From assembly GCA_964187785.1 (NCBI GenBank), contig OZ076409.1, forward strand, positions 21,950,001-22,014,000: a DNA stretch of 64,000 bases. Direction: 5' to 3'. Source of the stretch: Amphiscolops sp. MND2022. Lineage: Eukaryota. The position numbers and the translations under genes were made by a program. Below are positions 59,361-64,000 of this stretch, in pieces; position 1 is the first letter of the stretch, and the number at the start of each line of letters is the position of its first letter. Under the pieces are notes generated by a model. The model saw nothing but the letters and a program-made list of their open reading frames with translations. It was not told where the DNA came from and did no database searches.

Positions 59361-61079
59361 GTTTTTTGACTCATCATTGGAAGATGAGGTCTGTGAGTTG
59401 GAAGGTGTTGATTTGTTTTGTGGTTTCTGCGCCTTTGAGTTGGGTTTACCGTCATTGGTGTCATCTGGTCTGGTGCGTTTGGGTTTGAGATGTGCACCAG
59501 CACCTTGCCAACATCTTTCTTCCGGGTGGTTCTTTTTACCACAAGTGCCACACTCCGGGTACGTCTTTTTCTGAGTCTGTTTGCCTTGTTCGGCATCTTT
59601 TTGTTTTTTCTTCTTCAATTTCTCGCAATCTTTGACCATATGGCCCTTTTCTTTGCAATAATTGCACGTTATATCACTCATCTGTACATTGGAAGGAACA
59701 GTTTTTGTCTTGCCAATCGAAGATGTCATTGATGCTATGGGCAGGTCGTCAGACTCTTCGAGTGCATTCAGTTCCAGTTCTCGTTCTAGATGAGCGACAA
59801 TTTCATCGTAAGAGCCATTCTCTAGTCTAGCCATGTTGACTGATCTTTTGAGCTTTGGTGGCAGTTTTGCATATAGGAGACTGTCGATCATTTTTTGGGC
59901 ATTGTCTCCGAAGGCTTTTTCTGCTCCTTGGTTAAGCTCTTCAAGAAAGTCTGGCAATTTGGTCGTGTTAGGGTCAAAGACTAGGCGATGCCATTTGTGT
60001 TTTGCAGTTGCCTGAGATTCAGGTTTGACGTACTTTCGTCTGAAAATGACAAGTACATCCTCAAGAGTTTGTCTGTTGGCGTTGCTTATGTTTCTGAATG
60101 TTTGTAGTGCATTCTTTCGCAGCAAGGAATGGAAGTGATTGATTTTCATTTGTTCGGTCATCTCAGGCTGCATCTTGATCATCGTATGGAATAAATCCTC
60201 AAACAGCTCGAACTTCTCACTTTTTCCGTCGAATGTCATTGTGTTGGAGTTGACTGGGCGGATAGTGAGTTGTTGGGCCGTTGTACGGTTCTGCATACTA
60301 GTCAAAACATCTGCTAGCCTGTTGATGGGGTCCTGTTCTGATGCCAGAGCGGGTCGTTCTCGTGCTGGGATCGTCGTGTCGAGCAGCGGAAGGTCATCAC
60401 AGGATCTGTTGAGATGACTAGTGGATGGCATTCGTCCTGTGAGAAACTCAGGAACTTCAATTGGAGATTCGTTTTCTCCTGTCACCATGTCGTAAGCACG
60501 ATTGTCCGAGAATGTGAATCCGTCCTTCTGACGATCACTAAGTGTCTTACTCTTCAAATTGTTTCTAGAGTCTGCATTACGCAGAACTTCGGAATATTCT
60601 TCCGGTCTCTCAGACGGAACGTTCCATCTCTCTTTGGCCATATGTCCAGAATCGGCCATTAGGGCATTTTGGATCTGGGGAAGTACCTGATTACTTATAG
60701 CCTCACTTATAGCTCTTTGGATTTGAACACTGACACTATTCATCATCTCATCCATCTCCCGAGATATACGGGAATTCAACTCACTCGACAATCTGTTGAT
60801 CTCAGCGTTAGAACTACCTCTAAATGAATTCTGTCCTAATTCGGCATTTGGACCAGGCTCGTCAGTTCTAGAGTTGGGCGATCTATTTTCATCCTCATTT
60901 TCAAATTCATCACCAAAAAGACTATTAGGTCTTCTGGCCTGATTACTATTTAAACTTTCACTTCTTTCATTCCTGTTGAAATGATTTCCTCCGAGCATTA
61001 TGTCTAAGTTCTCGATGTCGGATAACATTTCTGCTTCTCTTGATTTTCTTGCTTTCTTTTGCTTCCTTGTGGTAGGCAT
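59358..61079 (-). CDS. gag: Gag, 573 aa, two CCHC zinc knuckles
   Basis: Capsid-like FDGKSEKFELFEDLF...; knuckles CNYCKEKGHMVKDC and CGTCGKKNHPEERC. Confidence 0.93.
   Translation of the reverse strand: MPTTRKQKKARKSREAEMLSDIENLDIMLGGNHFNRNERSESLNSNQARRPNSLFGDEFENEDENRSPNSRTDEPGPNAELGQNSFRGSSNAEINRLSSELNSRISREMDEMMNSVSVQIQRAISEAISNQVLPQIQNALMADSGHMAKERWNVPSERPEEYSEVLRNADSRNNLKSKTLSDRQKDGFTFSDNRAYDMVTGENESPIEVPEFLTGRMPSTSHLNRSCDDLPLLDTTIPARERPALASEQDPINRLADVLTSMQNRTTAQQLTIRPVNSNTMTFDGKSEKFELFEDLFHTMIKMQPEMTEQMKINHFHSLLRKNALQTFRNISNANRQTLEDVLVIFRRKYVKPESQATAKHKWHRLVFDPNTTKLPDFLEELNQGAEKAFGDNAQKMIDSLLYAKLPPKLKRSVNMARLENGSYDEIVAHLERELELNALEESDDLPIASMTSSIGKTKTVPSNVQMSDITCNYCKEKGHMVKDCEKLKKKKQKDAEQGKQTQKKTYPECGTCGKKNHPEERCWQGAGAHLKPKRTRPDDTNDGKPNSKAQKPQNKSTPSNSQTSSSNDESKN
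59361..59367 (-). promoter_or_regulatory. -1 ribosomal frameshift slippery heptamer A_AAA_AAC
   Basis: Lies immediately before the gag TAA. The -1 frame is the pol frame and is open (LTSPRLQYNQ...). Confidence 0.8.
60476..60487 (-). promoter_or_regulatory. Primer-binding site (TGGTGACAGGAG; tRNA-Leu-like, tentative)
   Basis: TGG directly follows the LTR-terminal CA, exactly where LTR-LTR identity ends. Confidence 0.75.
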
Positions 61080-62278
61080 TTAGATAGAAAGTCCGAGGTA
61101 AATATTGAAATATTATTTTCGGAAAATAAGAATCAACTGTTTGGTACAAACGTATTACACTTGTGTGTCCCTCTGGAGTGAAACTCGTATATATACTCTC
61201 TGAGGTATGACTTTTACAAAAGGAATTCACAAATAGTATTCAAACATTCCAATCGGGGCACGGGACTAAGGATTTTAGCGGGAAATACACTGCAATCTCC
61301 AGTTTTCCGACTCGATTGGGAATTCCTAGCATTCTAGAATTACAATTGTTTATCTATCAAAGGCGGCATCAAAATATTTACTAGTGCATCAAATGGATCT
61401 TCTGTCCATCAAAGGACCTAGCACTCATCAGGAATGTAAACAACATTACACACATTCCTTTCAGGCACGTGCCACCGCGTGGCCTGAAATAAGTTCTGCA
61501 ACAATATGTAGTACATCATGTTATTAGGCCTAATACGGCCAATTATCATGTTAGCAATTATATATGTTAATCAACCGATTAGCCCCAAATGTATGTACCA
61601 CTTTACTTTTCAAAAGAACGCAACGACTTCAGTGGCCGGAAATAGCCGGCTAATTAATAGGCAAGCACTAATGAAATATGGCCTTGAAGGCCTAGCAAAA
61701 GGTTGAGTATTAAGACAAAGCATCGGTTATAGGAAAAGATCTGGCTATTCTGAAAGTACAAATACAACAAACATAACTCGTCTCATGTTAAATTACCACC
61801 TTATTTCAGCTTTGAACAGAGGGGACGAAACCGGCCATTTGACCAGTGTATCAAAAGAGAATATTAAAAGCACGGCAACTGGCCTTATTCGGCCATTAAT
61901 TAAATAGCATCAATAAACGAGATTACATACTGCGATTTGATTGGCTGAGATAACGTGCTCAAGTGACGCTACCGGTACAGTGCCGTACATCACTTGAACA
62001 CGTTTCCTATACTGCCTTACAGTCGCTATTGCTTTCAATTATCGCATCAATTCTAACCATACAGTAATTTGATTTGGATTACTCCAATTGTACTATTTTT
62101 AACAGACTAATCAATGTAACTGAATTAACAAAAATACAAAAGCGTGTTTTGTTACAAAACGTTAGCATAACAGTTTAAAAGTTTCAGTTTCAGAAAATTG
62201 GTAGAGTACCTGGTGCCGTTTCCTGATCTGCGGATGTCGTTGTAATCCTTGTGCCGTCACAGGCGGCAGCTTGCGACA
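60488..62278 (-). repeat. 5' LTR (1791 bp)
   Basis: Direct repeat of 46302-47855; contains the first 592 nt of gag. Confidence 0.95.
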
Positions 62279-62875
62279 AATACCCTTGTTGAACATGCTT
62301 GAACTTTTTACATGTACTTTAATGTTGCCATCAACTTTTATTATGATTTCCTAAATATCTTACGGAAGCTTTAATGCGTTGATATTTCCCTGTTGTCGCC
62401 TACATTTATCAAGCTGCTTTAACGAATCATCAAAGTTTTGGAGGCAATTTTAAGCCTTGAAGTTTTGCAGGTTTCAATATGCATCAGTTCTAATTTTAAA
62501 TGCAACTGAGACGTCAACAATTTTGCCGCCATTTTAATGCAAATTAACTTCATTCACAATGTAAACAGCAAACTAGCGTCCTCTTCAGCGTCCTATTTGA
62601 GAAGCGGTGATTAAATCAGATGAGTATTTGAGAAATCAATGTGTGAAGACAACGTGATCGTGCCGTGCCGTAAAAGATGTGTGAAATATTTTCAAATCTA
62701 ATTGCAGTAGTGGCAAATGCAGTGTAATTCTACACGATTTACCACCGGAACCTTACTGAATTTTCTAGGTTTTATAAAAAAAATTACCCTGCATGCAGCA
62801 TGTACGAAGTTCCAGCAGTCTCAATTAGGGTAGCCAAAAACCCGACATTTCGTACACGGACAATTTTTACAAAAC

Positions 62876-63592
62876 TGTAACGTCCACCTAGCAGCGTACA
62901 TCATAGAAGTGGGATAATGCCTAGGGTGCTTAAACAGGAGACTGTTGTCGTACTACAGCCCTAGACATTAGTTCTTAATCCCGAAATGGTCTCCTAAAAA
63001 AGGAGAGACCTTCAAACCTCAGTTAGAGCTCCGTGGTGACGTGCAGGCGCACTCAAAGTCCGGACACGTCCCACAAGCCTGTAAAAACGTATCCTAAGGT
63101 TGCTAACGTTCCTGCGACTCTACATACCTCCGAGGTCCGAAAGCAGGAGTTTAGCTAAAGTACATTTTAATTAGGTGAATAACGTCTAAAATAACGAAAA
63201 TAGGGGTCAAACATCACCAAATATCTGCAAAAACCACAAATAGGGTACAACAGACCGAGGAAACATAAGGCGTCAGTGTCAGCTAGTCTTCGACCTGGTA
63301 GGTGGCACATGCAAAATATGCAAATTTCTGAGTTTCTTTGTCTCTTGGGCCATTCTTCGGGTTCCGCTGGTACCTTGGGACGTCGTCCGAGGGAGATGGC
63401 ACCACACGGTCATTTCGGGCATAGTTCTATTGCGGGGTGTTCTCTCTCTGGCTGGGTGAGGGTGTCTTTTTTGCGTTTTTTCACTTCTTCTACGGTTTCC
63501 GTACCTGCCGGGTCGGCCATCTCGCACATTTTGATACCGCACATTTCGAATTTTTGATCGAAATTTTGTAAAATCGACTGCCTGACGTTACA
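62876..63592 (-). mobile_element. 3' LTR (717 bp) of a second LTR retrotransposon that continues off the right edge
   Basis: 9-bp terminal inverted repeats TGTAACGTC / GACGTTACA. A minus-strand purine tract GGGGAGGA abuts the TGT at 63592 (PPT). Confidence 0.75.
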
Positions 63593-64000
63593 TCCTCCCC
63601 GGGCCGTAGTTTGTTGTCCTCGACAAACGAGAGTGGACGTTCATGTCTTGGTTGTCATCATCCAGGGGTACTGTTTCAGCAAAATGCCATTTCAGGAACC
63701 CGAACAAAAGTTGCTGCACAAAAGCATATTACTGCACAAAACCATGAGTTTTGCCAGCCTAGCAGGCTTCCTTGGATTCCACACCGACAATGGGTCTTGC
63801 ACTGGAAACGTATTAGCAATTTTAGACACCTAGCATTGTATTCAAAACGTTTTCAAACTTTCAATATCGCACCGTAATTACTAGCAGTTCGTGTTACCGA
63901 ATCAGAACAAATATAAAAAGCACTCATCACAACAGGTTTGGCATTGGCTGGGGGCGCACCTGATAGGTTAGGTTTTACAAAGTGCACAATAGCACTTGAA

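Larger units (their letters stand above)
46302..62278 (-). mobile_element. Full-length 15,977-bp Ty3/Gypsy LTR retrotransposon with cargo genes
   Basis: Paired TG...CA LTRs, 5-bp TSD AATAC (46297-46301, 62279-62283), PBS, gag, and pol in PR-RT-RH-IN order. Confidence 0.96.

Noticed and set aside
54861..60662. Many 60-130-aa ORFs overlapping gag and pol
   Set aside because: Shadow frames of long coding sequences; 59023-59262 is simply the pol frame before the premature stop.

Overview
AT-rich, transposon-dense eukaryotic (metazoan, probably invertebrate) DNA with GT-AG spliceosomal introns; no prokaryotic features and no CRISPR. Host genes reconstructed by hand: a small 2-exon unknown gene (+, 2192-3550), a 2-exon TBC/Rab-GAP gene (-, 6852-8898) and a multi-EGF type-I membrane receptor (MEGF10/Draper-like, -, at least 9 exons, 27536-38462). 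Most of the rest is mobile DNA: three CR1/L2-group LINEs, hAT, Tc1 and Mutator DNA transposons, HINE/DINE-like elements, SINE relics and a ~184-bp tandem array. The main feature is a complete, young 15,977-bp Ty3/Gypsy LTR retrotransposon (-, 46302-62278, TSD AATAC) with unusual architecture. Its 1.55/1.79-kb LTRs are protein-coding at both ends: gag starts 592 nt inside the 5' LTR and reads through the PBS, and a third ORF ends inside the 3' LTR. It has no recognisable polypurine tract. A 6.3-kb cargo region between pol and the 3' LTR carries a 6-exon antisense gene (~1295 aa, zinc finger plus degenerate hAT-transposase-like region), arranged head-to-head with a sense non-env ORF. Exon models, TSDs and motif matches were read by eye; family assignments come from motif recognition, not database searches.
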